From the sequence record MN781580: a stretch of 64,000 bases of DNA. One strand, written 5' to 3'. A program made the position numbers and the translations under genes. Source of the stretch: Shigella phage KRT47. Positions 9,490 through 20,504 of this stretch are shown here, one piece after another (the first letter of the stretch is position 1; the number at the start of each line of letters is the position of its first letter). Under the pieces are notes generated by a model that worked only from the letters and a program-made list of their open reading frames with translations, had not been told where the DNA came from and searched no databases.

Positions 9490-10239
9490 ATGGCAAACAT
9501 TATTCGTTGTAAATTACCAGATGGTGTTCATCGTTTTAAACCATTTACGGTAGAAGATTATCGAGATTTTTTGTTAGTTCGAAACGATATAGAACATCGG
9601 TCACCACAAGAACAAAAAGAAATAATTGCTGATTTAATTGCTGATTATTTTGGAGACTATCCGAAGACTTGGCAACCATTTATATTTTTGCAGGTATTTG
9701 TAGGGTCAATAGGTAAAACTAAAGTACCAGTCACATTTGTGTGTCCAAAATGTAAAAAAGAAAAGACAGTTCCATTTGAAATATATCAAAAAGAATTAAA
9801 GGAACCTGTTTTTGATGTAGCTAATGTTAAAATTAAATTAAAGTTTCCTTCTGAGTTTTATGAAAATAAAGCAAAGATGATTACTGAAAATATTCATTCC
9901 GTTCAAGTAGATGAAATGTGGTATGATTGGAAGGAAATTAGCGAATCGAGTCAAATAGAACTTGTTGATGCCATCGAGATAGAAACATTAGAAAAAATTC
10001 TCGATGCAATGAATCCTATTAATTTAACATTGCATATGTCGTGTTGTAATAAGTATGTAAAAAAATACACTGATATAGTAGATGTGTTTAAGCTATTAGT
10101 TAACCCAGATGAAATATTTACTTTTTATCAAATCAATCACACGCTCGTAAAAAGTAATTATAGCTTAAATTCAATAATGAAAATGATTCCTGCTGAGCGC
10201 GGATTCGTATTAAAACTGATTGAGAAGGATAAACAATAA
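9490..10239 (+). CDS. 51: Baseplate hub assembly catalyst gp51
   Basis: 249 aa, T4 gp51-like. Confidence 0.85.
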   Translation: MANIIRCKLPDGVHRFKPFTVEDYRDFLLVRNDIEHRSPQEQKEIIADLIADYFGDYPKTWQPFIFLQVFVGSIGKTKVPVTFVCPKCKKEKTVPFEIYQKELKEPVFDVANVKIKLKFPSEFYENKAKMITENIHSVQVDEMWYDWKEISESSQIELVDAIEIETLEKILDAMNPINLTLHMSCCNKYVKKYTDIVDVFKLLVNPDEIFTFYQINHTLVKSNYSLNSIMKMIPAERGFVLKLIEKDKQ

Positions 10240-11414
10240 TGAGTATGTTGCAACGCCCCGGATATCCAAATCTCAGCGTTAAATTATTTGATAGCTACGA
10301 CGCTTGGAGTAATAATAGATTTGTTGAATTAGCTGCTACTATTACTACATTAACTATGCGGGATTCTCTTTATGGCCGAAATGAAGGAATGCTACAGTTT
10401 TATGATTCTAAAAACATCCATACAAAAATGGATGGAAATGAAATAATTCAGATTTCTGTAGCTAATGCAAACGATATTAATAATGTTAAAACACGAATTT
10501 ATGGATGTAAGCATTTTTCCGTGTCAGTAGATTCAAAAGGCGATAACATCATTGCTATTGAATTGGGAACTATTCATTCTATAGAAAATCTTAAATTTGG
10601 TAGACCATTTTTCCCTGATGCAGGTGAATCTATAAAAGAAATGCTTGGTGTCATTTATCAAGATCGCACATTATTAACTCCAGCAATAAATGCTATAAAT
10701 GCTTATGTTCCTGATATTCCATGGACTAGCACATTTGAAAACTATTTGTCATATGTAAGAGAAGTTGCTCTAGCTGTAGGAAGCGACAAATTTGTATTTG
10801 TATGGCAAGACATCATGGGAGTTAACATGATGGACTATGATATGATGATAAATCAAGAACCATACCCAATGATTGTCGGTGAGCCATCTTTAATAGGTCA
10901 ATTCATCCAAGAATTAAAATATCCATTAGCATATGATTTCGTTTGGTTGACTAAATCGAATCCTCACAAACGTGACCCAATGAAAAATGCTACTATCTAT
11001 GCTCATTCATTTTTAGATTCTTCACTGCCAATGATTACTACAGGAAAGGGCGAAAACTCTATTGTGGTGTCAAGGTCAGGTGCTTATTCTGAAATGACTT
11101 ATAGGAATGGATATGAAGAAGCTATTCGTCTTCAAACTATGGCACAATATGACGGCTATGCTAAATGTTCTACTGTCGGTAATTTTAACTTGACTCCTGG
11201 TGTTAAAATTATTTTTAATGATAGTAAAAACCAATTTAAAACAGAATTTTACGTTGATGAAGTTATCCATGAATTATCAAATAATAATTCAGTAACTCAT
11301 CTATATATGTTCACTAATGCAACGAAACTGGAAACAATAGACCCAGTTAAGGTTAAAAATGAATTTAAATCTGATACTACCACTGAAGAAAGTAGTTCTT
11401 CCAATAAGCAATAA
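10239..11414 (+). CDS. 27: Baseplate hub subunit gp27
   Basis: 391 aa, T4 gp27-like. Confidence 0.9.
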   Translation: MSMLQRPGYPNLSVKLFDSYDAWSNNRFVELAATITTLTMRDSLYGRNEGMLQFYDSKNIHTKMDGNEIIQISVANANDINNVKTRIYGCKHFSVSVDSKGDNIIAIELGTIHSIENLKFGRPFFPDAGESIKEMLGVIYQDRTLLTPAINAINAYVPDIPWTSTFENYLSYVREVALAVGSDKFVFVWQDIMGVNMMDYDMMINQEPYPMIVGEPSLIGQFIQELKYPLAYDFVWLTKSNPHKRDPMKNATIYAHSFLDSSLPMITTGKGENSIVVSRSGAYSEMTYRNGYEEAIRLQTMAQYDGYAKCSTVGNFNLTPGVKIIFNDSKNQFKTEFYVDEVIHELSNNNSVTHLYMFTNATKLETIDPVKVKNEFKSDTTTEESSSSNKQ

Positions 11415-11892
11415 AGAAGTTTCTATTCCTAAAATGGGTCTTAAACATTATAACATTTTAAAAGATGTTAAAGGTCCTGATGAAAATTTAAAACTTCTTA
11501 TTGATTCTATTTGTCCGAATTTGTCACCAGCAGAAGTTGATTTCGTTTCTATTCATTTATTGGAATTTAATGGAAAGATTAAATCTCGTAAAGAAATAGA
11601 TGGTTATACTTATGACATTAATGATGTTTATGTATGCCAAAGATTAGAATTTCAATACCAAGGAAATACATTTTATTTTAGACCTCCTGGAAAATTTGAA
11701 CAATTTTTAACGGTGAGCGATATGTTATCTAAATGCTTGCTTAAGGTCAACGATGAAGTTAAAGAAATTAATTTTCTTGAGATGCCAGCATTCGTTTTAA
11801 AATGGGCAAATGATATTTTTACAACTTTAGCAATTCCTGGCCCTAATGGTCCAATAACTGGAATTGGCAATATTATTGGATTATTTGAATGA
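11359..11892 (+). CDS. 28: Baseplate hub distal subunit gp28
   Basis: 177 aa, overlaps gene 27 end in another frame. Confidence 0.8.
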   Translation: MNLNLILPLKKVVLPISNKEVSIPKMGLKHYNILKDVKGPDENLKLLIDSICPNLSPAEVDFVSIHLLEFNGKIKSRKEIDGYTYDINDVYVCQRLEFQYQGNTFYFRPPGKFEQFLTVSDMLSKCLLKVNDEVKEINFLEMPAFVLKWANDIFTTLAIPGPNGPITGIGNIIGLFE

Positions 11893-13661
11893 AAAAGCCA
11901 CAAGAAATGCAAACGATGCGTAGAAAAGTTATTTCAGATAATAAACCAACACAGGAAGCGGCTAAATCCGCTTCCAACACTTTATCTGGACTTAATGATA
12001 TATCTACGAAATTGGATGATGCTCAAGCTGCTTCTGAATTAATAGCTCAAACTGTCGAAGAAAAATCGAATGAAATAGTTGGAGCAATTGGTAACGTAGA
12101 AAGCGCAGTGAGTGATACTACTGCTGGTTCTGAGTTAATTGCTGAAACTGTCGAAATTGGCAACAATATTAATAAAGAAATCGGTGAATCACTCGGAAGC
12201 AAATTAGATAAATTAACAAGTTTACTAGAGCAAAAAATCCAGACAGCTGGAATTCAACAAACAGGAACTAGTTTAGCTACGGTTGAAAGCGCTATTCCTG
12301 TTAAAGTTGTTGAGGACGATACAGCTGAATCTGTGGGTCCTTTATTACCGGCTCCTGAAGCAGTTAATAATGATCCTGATGCTGATTTTTTCCCTACCCC
12401 TCAGCCAGTTGAACCTAAACAAGAATCGCCAGAAGAAAAACAGAAAAAAGACGCATTTAACTTAAAATTATCTCAAGCTTTAGATAAATTAACAAAGACT
12501 GTTGATTTCGGATTTAAGAAATCTATTTCAATTACTGATAAAATATCAAGCATGCTATTTAAGTATACAGTCAGTGCTGCTATTGAAGCTGCTAAAATGA
12601 CTGCAATGATATTGGCTGTTGTTGTCGGAATAGACCTGCTGATGGTTCATTTCAAATATTGGTCAGATAAATTTTCACAGGCTTGGGATTTGTTTAGTAC
12701 AGACTTTACTAAATTCTCTAGCGAAACCGGAACATGGGGCCCTTTATTACAGAGCATCTTTAGTTCTATTGATAAAATTAAGAAGCTGTGGGAAGCTGGA
12801 GATTGGGGCGGATTGACAGCAGCTATTGTAGAAGGGCTTGGAAAGGTTCTTTTTAATTTAGGAGAGCTTATTCAACTTGGAATGGCTAAATTATCTGCTG
12901 CAATTCTTCGAGTCATTCCTGGCATGAAAGACACTGCTGACGAAGTAGAAGGAAGAGCACTAGAAAATTTCCAAAACACTACAAATGCTTCTCTTAGCAA
13001 AGAAGACCAAGAAAAAGTTGCAAATTATCAATATAAAAGAATGAATGGCGATCTTGGTCCAATAGCAAAAGGACTAGACAAAATTGCGAACTGGAAAACT
13101 CGTGCATCTAACTGGATTCGTGGTGTTGATAATAAAGAAGCACTAACGACTGATGAAGAGAGAGCAGAGGAAGAAGAAAAATTAAAGCAACTTTCTCCGG
13201 AGGAAGCTAAAATTGCTTTAATGAAAGCTAATGAAGCTCGCGCTGCTATGAATCGTTTTGATGAATATGCTAATTCAGCTGATATGAGTAAAGACTCAAC
13301 GGTTAAATCAGTTGAAGCTGCCTATGAAGACCTTAAAAAACGGATGGATGACCCGGATTTAAATAATTCACCGGCAGTTAAAAAAGAACTTGCTGCTAGA
13401 TTTTCTAAAATTGATGCTACTTATCAAGAGCTCAAGAAAAATCAGCCTAATGCCAAACCTGAAACTTCTGCTAAATCACCAGAAGCAAAACAAGTCCAGG
13501 TAATAGAAAAGAACAAAGCACAACAAGCTCCTGTTCAACAGGCATCTCCTTCGATCAATAATACTAATAATGTTATTAAGAAAAATACTGTCGTTCATAA
13601 TATGACACCTGTCACAAGCACAACTGCTCCTGGTGTATTTGATGCGACTGGGGTTAATTAA
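11889..13661 (+). CDS. 29: Baseplate hub / tail length determinator gp29
   Basis: 590 aa, coiled-coil and hydrophobic segments typical of tape-measure-like gp29. Confidence 0.85.
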   Translation: MKKPQEMQTMRRKVISDNKPTQEAAKSASNTLSGLNDISTKLDDAQAASELIAQTVEEKSNEIVGAIGNVESAVSDTTAGSELIAETVEIGNNINKEIGESLGSKLDKLTSLLEQKIQTAGIQQTGTSLATVESAIPVKVVEDDTAESVGPLLPAPEAVNNDPDADFFPTPQPVEPKQESPEEKQKKDAFNLKLSQALDKLTKTVDFGFKKSISITDKISSMLFKYTVSAAIEAAKMTAMILAVVVGIDLLMVHFKYWSDKFSQAWDLFSTDFTKFSSETGTWGPLLQSIFSSIDKIKKLWEAGDWGGLTAAIVEGLGKVLFNLGELIQLGMAKLSAAILRVIPGMKDTADEVEGRALENFQNTTNASLSKEDQEKVANYQYKRMNGDLGPIAKGLDKIANWKTRASNWIRGVDNKEALTTDEERAEEEEKLKQLSPEEAKIALMKANEARAAMNRFDEYANSADMSKDSTVKSVEAAYEDLKKRMDDPDLNNSPAVKKELAARFSKIDATYQELKKNQPNAKPETSAKSPEAKQVQVIEKNKAQQAPVQQASPSINNTNNVIKKNTVVHNMTPVTSTTAPGVFDATGVN

Positions 13662-13669
13662 GGAATAAT

Positions 13670-14764
13670 ATGGCAATTGTTAAAGAAATAACTGCTGATT
13701 TAATTAAAAAGTCCGGTGAGAAAATTTCAGCCGGGCAGAGTACTAAATCAGAAGTAGGAACTAAAACATACACAGCCCAGTTTCCAACTGGGCGTGCTAG
13801 TGGTAATGACACTACAGGGGACTTCCAGGTAACAGATCTATATAAGAATGGATTATTATTTACTGCATACAATATGTCATCTAGGGATTCTGGAAGTCTT
13901 AGATCGATGAGATCTAACTACTCTTCTTCATCTTCGAGTATTTTAAGTACAGCTAGAAACACTATTAGTAGTACAGTATCAAAACTATCAAATGGATTAA
14001 TATCCAACAATAATTCAGGAACAATAAGTAAAGCTCCTGTCGCAAACATTCTTTTACCGAGATCTAAATCTGACGTTGATACGTCATCACACAGATTTAA
14101 TGATGTTCAAGAAAGTCTTATCAGCAGAGGCGGAGGTACTGCTACTGGTGTGTTAAGTAATATTGCTTCAACTGCAGTATTTGGGGCACTGGAAAGTATA
14201 ACACAAGGTATAATGGCTGATAATAATGAACAGATTTATACGACAGCTAGAAGTATGTATGGCGGTGCTGAGAATAGAACTAAAGTGTTTACATGGGATT
14301 TGACGCCACGTTCAACAGAAGATTTAATGGCTATTATTAATATCTATCAGTATTTTAACTATTTTTCTTATGGTGAAACGGGTAAATCTCAATATGCTGC
14401 TGAAATAAAGGGGTATTTAGATGATTGGTATCGTTCTACTTTAATTGAACCTTTATCTCCGGAAGACGCAGCTAAAAATAAAACACTATTTGAGAAAATG
14501 ACATCGAGTTTAACTAACGTTCTAGTAGTTTCAAACCCGACAATTTGGATGGTGAAAAACTTTGGCGCAACATCTAAGTTTGATGGAAAAACGGAAATAT
14601 TTGGCCCATGCCAAATACAGAGCATCAGATTTGATAAAACACCTAATGGTAACTTTAACGGATTAGCTATTGCTCCAAACCTCCCTAGTACATTTACTCT
14701 TGAGATTACTATGAGAGAAATTATCACGTTAAACCGTGCTTCTTTATATGCGGGGACTTTTTAA
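13670..14764 (+). CDS. 48: Baseplate tail tube cap gp48
   Basis: 364 aa, T4 gp48-like. Confidence 0.85.
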   Translation: MAIVKEITADLIKKSGEKISAGQSTKSEVGTKTYTAQFPTGRASGNDTTGDFQVTDLYKNGLLFTAYNMSSRDSGSLRSMRSNYSSSSSSILSTARNTISSTVSKLSNGLISNNNSGTISKAPVANILLPRSKSDVDTSSHRFNDVQESLISRGGGTATGVLSNIASTAVFGALESITQGIMADNNEQIYTTARSMYGGAENRTKVFTWDLTPRSTEDLMAIINIYQYFNYFSYGETGKSQYAAEIKGYLDDWYRSTLIEPLSPEDAAKNKTLFEKMTSSLTNVLVVSNPTIWMVKNFGATSKFDGKTEIFGPCQIQSIRFDKTPNGNFNGLAIAPNLPSTFTLEITMREIITLNRASLYAGTF

Positions 14765-15729
14765 TGTATTCTTTAGAGGAATTTAATAATCAAGCAATAA
14801 ACGCAGATTTCCAACGTAATAATATGTTTAGCTGCGTTTTTGCGACAACTCCATCAACTAAAAGCTCTTCGTTGATAAGTTCAATTAGCAACTTTTCTTA
14901 TAATAACTTGGGTCTAAATTCAGACTGGTTAGGATTGTCTCAAGGCGATATTAATCAGGGAATTACTACGCTAATTACTGCTGGCACACAAAAACTGATA
15001 AGAAAATCAGGGGTTAGTAAATATCTTATTGGTGCCATGAGTCAACGTACAGTTCAAAGTTTATTAGGCTCATTTACAGTTGGTACATATTTAATTGACT
15101 TCTTTAACATGGCATATAACTCATCTGGATTGATGATATACTCTGTAAAAATGCCAGAGAATAGATTATCCTATGAAACTGACTGGAACTATAATTCTCC
15201 TAATATTCGTATAACTGGGAGAGAATTAGACCCTTTGGTTATTTCATTTAGAATGGATTCAGAAGCTTGTAACTATCGTGCAATGCAAGACTGGGTTAAC
15301 TCTGTTCAAGACCCAGTAACTGGACTGCGTGCTTTGCCGCAAGATGTCGAGGCAGATATTCAGGTTAATCTTCATTCTCGCAATGGATTGCCTCATACTG
15401 CGGTGATGTTCACCGGATGCATTCCAGTGTCAGTGAGCGCTCCTGAGTTATCATATGATGGAGATAACCAAATAACTACATTTGATGTTACTTTTGCGTA
15501 TAGAGTCATGCAGGCTGGGTCGGTTGATAGACAAGCTGCGCTTGAATGGCTTGAATCTGCTGCCATAAACGGTATTCAAAGCGTTCTCGGAAATAGTGGA
15601 GGTGTTACTGGACTATCTAATTCGCTTTCACGACTTAGTAGATTAGGAGGAACTGCTGGAAGCATTTCAAACATTAATACTATGACGGGAATTGTCAACT
15701 CGCAAAGTAAAATATTAGGAGCAATATAA
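14764..15729 (+). CDS. 54: Baseplate tail tube initiator gp54
   Basis: 321 aa, T4 gp54-like. Confidence 0.85.
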   Translation: MYSLEEFNNQAINADFQRNNMFSCVFATTPSTKSSSLISSISNFSYNNLGLNSDWLGLSQGDINQGITTLITAGTQKLIRKSGVSKYLIGAMSQRTVQSLLGSFTVGTYLIDFFNMAYNSSGLMIYSVKMPENRLSYETDWNYNSPNIRITGRELDPLVISFRMDSEACNYRAMQDWVNSVQDPVTGLRALPQDVEADIQVNLHSRNGLPHTAVMFTGCIPVSVSAPELSYDGDNQITTFDVTFAYRVMQAGSVDRQAALEWLESAAINGIQSVLGNSGGVTGLSNSLSRLSRLGGTAGSISNINTMTGIVNSQSKILGAI

Positions 15730-15731
15730 CA

Positions 15732-15762
15732 ATGGGGACCGAAAGGTCCCCATATTTTTATT
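15732..15762. terminator. Terminator after gene 54
   Basis: Hairpin GGGGACCGAAAGGTCCCC followed by T-run. Confidence 0.55.
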
Positions 15763-16048
15763 TACGGAATGAAATAAAAGCAGCAACTGAAGCAACTAAA
15801 CTGTCTTCAATATAAACTTCAATTTTTACCGGAGCTTCTGACTCAAATTTACCTGTTACTACACCTTGGAAAATGCTTTCAGTCTGCTGTGGCTTTGAAA
15901 AATTTTCAGAAGGAAAAATTCCGAACTTTTTATCTGTTCCAAAAATTTTGATAAATTCATCATAAACTGCTTCATTAAAAGCATTATCAGCAGGAATAAC
16001 GCCTTCAACTACAAGTTCTTGACCTAAAAAGCGCAAAGAAGATTTCAT
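15758..16048 (-). CDS. Hypothetical protein downstream of alt genes
   Basis: 96 aa ORF preceded by 53-bp repeat element. Confidence 0.5.
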   Translation of the reverse strand: MKSSLRFLGQELVVEGVIPADNAFNEAVYDEFIKIFGTDKKFGIFPSENFSKPQQTESIFQGVVTGKFESEAPVKIEVYIEDSLVASVAAFISFRK

Positions 16049-16056
16049 TTTGTGTT

Positions 16057-16109
16057 CCTCATGTTATGTCAGTAAGACTACTGTAACACAACACGAGGGA
16101 CTTGTAAAC
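16057..16109 (-). repeat. 53-bp exact repeat, copy A (promoter-like GTTTAC plus SD-sequestering hairpin)
   Basis: Identical to 31923-31975; minus strand GTTTAC, 18 nt, TGtTACAGT, then nested inverted repeats CCTCGTGTT/AACATGAGG enclosing the GAGG before the ATG. Confidence 0.8.
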
Positions 16110-18166
16110 TACATCTTGAACTTTTTAGACATTCCGTTGATGTTAACCAAAGAAGCCAAGATTTGAGAAACTTCGTTTTCCTCTTCTTTTGATTCTTCTA
16201 CAAGGAATTGATTAAACCCAGCCATTGGACGAACTTCACCAGTTTCCATTAGATGATCGCCATCATATACCGATTCTTCTAATTGTTCAGAAGGAGGAAC
16301 GATTGTGCCTTCGATTAGATACTTATTATAAGCAGTTTCTTTCATCATGTACGTGCTAACTTTATTAATCTTCAGCAAAATTCCACGCGGTAGAATAACT
16401 TCAGCTTCTGATGGAAATCCTGATAAATGACCTGGAACGATAACTTTAATTCGCTCAGCTCCTTTTATTACCATACCTACGCTAGTTTCAGCATCTTCAT
16501 TCGCATAAGCAGAATGACTGCCCATATGCATTAAATCTTCAGCATCAACAGAACCTTCTCCTTCACCAGAAAATACTGCACCGGAATCATCTAGAGTCAT
16601 ATAGTTTTTACCATGCTCACCGAAGATATTTGGTTTAAGCGATGTTGATACGAAGTTCTTGAAATAAAACATTTTATTTTCAATATTATGACGTAAAGTT
16701 TTAAAGGTAACTTCTTGTCCACGATAAAGCGTAGTTCCTGGAGGAAGAACTGATCCTTTGGCAAAGGCAGAATCCAGCGTCTCGATGTGTTTAATAGCTC
16801 GTTCCATGTATTCTTCACGGGTAGAATCTGGTTTACCCAAGAGGAACGAGTTCATTTCAACATATGAATCTGCACAATAATCTTCAATTACATCAGACTC
16901 AGCCTGAGTTAATCCTTTTGGAGTTACTTCGGTGCTTGCATATTCATATGCCTGAGCAGCAGATTCATTAATCAATTTATAAATGCCATTCATGACAAAT
17001 TGAATAATAGCTACCTTTTCGTCTGGCGTGGCTTTAGAACCTTTAACTAAATCATTGATAATTTTCTTAATAACATCAAAGCTATTAGAAATATTAATGT
17101 CAGCGAGATCGCTCAAAATTTTATCGGTTTTATAATCAAAGAATTCTTTATTCTTTAAATATTCTTGAGAACCTTGATATGTTATATCGCTCTGCAGCTT
17201 GATAGATGGATCACGTAAACGTGCATGGGCCAATGCAATATGATTTCGGAAGCTTTCTAGTTCATAATCGTTAGATTTAAAACGAGAAGCACTTCTCATA
17301 CCACCGATAGCTCCTTTGCTGAAGTTTGAACCAATCTGGATAACGCCAGAGTTCATTGGTCCTTCTGCTTTATATACCGGAACTTTAGATTCAAACTCTT
17401 GATATTTCTTAGCGGCGAAGCTATCACCCTGAAGTGAAGCATCGACAGTAGAATATTGAGCTTGTGCTGCCAATCGACGACTAATTTTAGTTTTCTGAAT
17501 AACAGCTTGATCCGTGCGCTTATCATTTTCTAGAGCAATAGAAGCGGCAACAGCAACAGCTTTAGGAACAGCATTACCTGTTTTAACGTCTACATAAACA
17601 TCACCAACCTTTGATTCAACTTTTGTGAATAACTCAGTTGAAATAGGAGGTACACCTGGAATGTCTTCTAAATTAGCATTTTTACGATAAACCATAATAT
17701 ATGCATACTTTTTATCATAGTCCCAGATTTCCTTTAAAAGAACATATCGACCTGCTCCTTTAGTACGTACTAAACGGTCAGCAATAACTTGCATTTGACG
17801 AGCAGCGCCATTTGTTTTACTTTTTAGTACGCGGAATAGGCATGCGTCAATTTTATACTGTTTCATTGTTTGAAGAGCAGTATCAAAAACCGCATTAATG
17901 ACACCAATTGGATTTCCACCCAAGTTTTTAAGTTTAACTAATGATAGTTTCTCATTAACACCTATCATTACGATATGCATCATTTTATCGCCTGGCTTAA
18001 CGTTTTTATTTGTATCACCGCCAGAGGTGTATGTACAAAATCTAAATCCAGGAAGCACACTTTCTTCACCGGCTTGAATAGCAAAAATTTGAGGTATTTT
18101 ATGCTTAGGATTTAAGTTAACAACCGGCGCCGAAGCGCCGTCAAATAATTCTGTAATAAGTTCCAT
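16109..18166 (-). CDS. alt: Alt-family ADP-ribosyltransferase (capsid-packaged), paralog 1
   Basis: 685 aa; N-terminal MELITE motif (prohead protease site); R-S-E triad LYRGQ / FVSTSL / EAEVILPRG. Confidence 0.85.
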   Translation of the reverse strand: MELITELFDGASAPVVNLNPKHKIPQIFAIQAGEESVLPGFRFCTYTSGGDTNKNVKPGDKMMHIVMIGVNEKLSLVKLKNLGGNPIGVINAVFDTALQTMKQYKIDACLFRVLKSKTNGAARQMQVIADRLVRTKGAGRYVLLKEIWDYDKKYAYIMVYRKNANLEDIPGVPPISTELFTKVESKVGDVYVDVKTGNAVPKAVAVAASIALENDKRTDQAVIQKTKISRRLAAQAQYSTVDASLQGDSFAAKKYQEFESKVPVYKAEGPMNSGVIQIGSNFSKGAIGGMRSASRFKSNDYELESFRNHIALAHARLRDPSIKLQSDITYQGSQEYLKNKEFFDYKTDKILSDLADINISNSFDVIKKIINDLVKGSKATPDEKVAIIQFVMNGIYKLINESAAQAYEYASTEVTPKGLTQAESDVIEDYCADSYVEMNSFLLGKPDSTREEYMERAIKHIETLDSAFAKGSVLPPGTTLYRGQEVTFKTLRHNIENKMFYFKNFVSTSLKPNIFGEHGKNYMTLDDSGAVFSGEGEGSVDAEDLMHMGSHSAYANEDAETSVGMVIKGAERIKVIVPGHLSGFPSEAEVILPRGILLKINKVSTYMMKETAYNKYLIEGTIVPPSEQLEESVYDGDHLMETGEVRPMAGFNQFLVEESKEEENEVSQILASLVNINGMSKKFKM

Positions 18167-18169
18167 GAT

Positions 18170-20266
18170 TTATCCTTGAACGAACTTGTAAGGCATGTTT
18201 GCAATATCTATGCAAGACGCAATAATTCCAAGAGATGATTCTACTTTTTGTTTAACATTTGATGAAACAAATGATGCAAAGTCAACTCTGTCTTCTATTT
18301 CAATATCACCTGTCATTGCAACTACTTCACCAGTTTCCATTAGACGGTCACCGTCATAAATTACTGATTCGGTGAGTTCTTCCGTAGTCATAACTTCAGC
18401 TTGAATGAGTTTTGTATTATTAGATGTTGTTCCGTCATTATTAGAAGCATCAGTTATTTTATTAACTTTGACCATCAATCCTCGTGGTAGAATAACTTCA
18501 GCTTCTGTTGCTATTCCGAGACTTCCTGGATATACAACATTAACTTTATGAGCTCCATCAATTGCCCATCCTATTTGAACTTTAACGTATTCAGGATTTT
18601 CTTTATACGCTCTTATTTCGTTTGGATTAATAGTTATTCCTTCTTCATTTTTATCAACTGTCAATTCATTACGAGCTTCTGGTTCTAAAAGACCAATACC
18701 AGCATGTGTAATTCCAAAACGTCCAAAAATGATAGGAGTTAAAGAAGTAGATACAAAATTTCTGAAATAGAACACTTTATTTTTAACTAGTGCTTCGTAT
18801 ATAGGAGCAGTCATGCTTTGAGCACGATAAACTGTAATGCCTTCTGGTATACGGTCACCATTTTCAAAAGCTGAATCTAAGTTATTTATAGCAGATTCAA
18901 TTTCTTTTTCACTCATTACATCATATCGTTCTGGATTGTAACGACCCAAAAGAAGATTATTGATGTCAGTATATCCTGAACCACAATACTCTCTAATGCC
19001 GCGCTTTTGTGATGGAGTATATTTAGAACCATCACGGGCAATAGTAATATCAATCATTGGACCTGCACCAATTCCAGAAAAGCTGTAAATCATTCTTTTG
19101 AGGAATTTAGTTTTTGCTGCGTTCCAGGAATTTTTAGTCATTTCTTCCCAGACTTCATCTGGCTGTCCTTTACGGGTTTTATTATGTTTATCAAGCCAAT
19201 TATCTTTATATTCTTCAAAGAATTGATTAACAGCTGCTGCGTATTTCTCTAAACATTTTATTGAAGTAGTTGGTTCATTTTTAATCGCATTAAGAATTAC
19301 ATCTTTAATTTTTTCAGAAACTTCATTAACCTCACTTTTTGAAAAGAATTTATAGTCATAATGAAGTTCATCTGCAGTTCCTTCAGCAATAATTTTTGCT
19401 GCTTTAGTTTTAGAAGCCAATGAATTAATTCCAAGTTTCATTTCTTCTGCTTCGGGAATTAAAGGAGCGGTAGCAGGTTTATTGAAATTAGCTGCGGTAG
19501 ATTCATACTTCTGGAATAATTCACTTTCAAATCTAGAAGATTCTAATGATTGACTTTGTGCAATTGCTCTACGGGAAATTTTAACTTTAACGATTACAGC
19601 TTGGTCAGAACGTTTATCATTTTCTTGCGCAATAGATGCAGCAATTGCCTCATTTTTAGTTACTTGAGCTCCAGTATCTTTATTGATATAAACATCACCG
19701 ACCTTCGATTCAACTTTAGTAAAGAGCTCGGTACTAATTTCCGGAACTCCTGGAATGTCTTCTAGTGATACATTTTTGCGATGTATAAGAATATATGCAT
19801 ACTTTTTATCGTAATCCCAGAGTTCCTTAAGAAGGACGTATCTGCCACCTGAACGACTGCGGATAAGTCTATCAGCAATAAGTTGAATTTGACGAGCTTG
19901 ACCAGCAGTTTTAGACTTAAGAATACGGAGCATACAGGCATCAATTTTATACTGACGCATCGTTTGCATTGCAACAGTAAAAACTGAATTGATGTAATTA
20001 ATTGGGCTTGGACCGAGACCTTTTAATTTAGCAATTGAACCTTTAGCAGTTAATGTAAAAGGAACAATATGCATCATTTTATCGCCCATCTTTAAATCGC
20101 GATTAGTATCACCTCCAGATGTATAAGTACATAAACGAAAACCTGGTTGTTCAATTGCGTCATCAACATGAACTGAAAAAATTTGCGGTATTTTCTTCTT
20201 TGGATTTAAGTTTGTAATCGGAAGAGTAGTATCTTCGTCAAATAATTCTGTAATGAGTTCCATCAT
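18170..20266 (-). CDS. alt: Alt-family ADP-ribosyltransferase, paralog 2
   Basis: 698 aa; conserved N-terminal 230 aa with paralog 1, divergent centre, R-S-E triad VYRAQ / FVSTSL / EAEVILPRG. Confidence 0.85.
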   Translation of the reverse strand: MMELITELFDEDTTLPITNLNPKKKIPQIFSVHVDDAIEQPGFRLCTYTSGGDTNRDLKMGDKMMHIVPFTLTAKGSIAKLKGLGPSPINYINSVFTVAMQTMRQYKIDACMLRILKSKTAGQARQIQLIADRLIRSRSGGRYVLLKELWDYDKKYAYILIHRKNVSLEDIPGVPEISTELFTKVESKVGDVYINKDTGAQVTKNEAIAASIAQENDKRSDQAVIVKVKISRRAIAQSQSLESSRFESELFQKYESTAANFNKPATAPLIPEAEEMKLGINSLASKTKAAKIIAEGTADELHYDYKFFSKSEVNEVSEKIKDVILNAIKNEPTTSIKCLEKYAAAVNQFFEEYKDNWLDKHNKTRKGQPDEVWEEMTKNSWNAAKTKFLKRMIYSFSGIGAGPMIDITIARDGSKYTPSQKRGIREYCGSGYTDINNLLLGRYNPERYDVMSEKEIESAINNLDSAFENGDRIPEGITVYRAQSMTAPIYEALVKNKVFYFRNFVSTSLTPIIFGRFGITHAGIGLLEPEARNELTVDKNEEGITINPNEIRAYKENPEYVKVQIGWAIDGAHKVNVVYPGSLGIATEAEVILPRGLMVKVNKITDASNNDGTTSNNTKLIQAEVMTTEELTESVIYDGDRLMETGEVVAMTGDIEIEDRVDFASFVSSNVKQKVESSLGIIASCIDIANMPYKFVQG

Positions 20267-20315
20267 ATCCTCTCTAGTGTTTATTCTATTTATAAAATTA
20301 AAGGCCCGAAGGCCT

Positions 20316-20504
20316 TTAATAATCTATTGGTAAGAGAGTACGATATATTTCAAACTTTGGACCTTTTTCATAGGCATCAAATGTTTCTGTGAATTTATTA
20401 TAAGCATATGCATCTATAAATTCAATCATAATTTGTGATACAGAAGTAGAAACATCTCCACCTTCTTTTTGAGCAACGACAATTGTTTCTAAGTAAGCTT
20501 TCAT
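20316..20504 (-). CDS. Hypothetical small protein
   Basis: 62 aa ORF between ligase and alt, stop overlaps ligase start region. Confidence 0.4.
   Translation of the reverse strand: MKAYLETIVVAQKEGGDVSTSVSQIMIEFIDAYAYNKFTETFDAYEKGPKFEIYRTLLPIDY

Noticed and set aside
16109-20266. Possibility that the two alt genes are an assembly duplication artefact
   Set aside because: The copies are strongly diverged outside the N-terminal region and have different lengths, so they are true paralogs rather than a collapsed or expanded repeat
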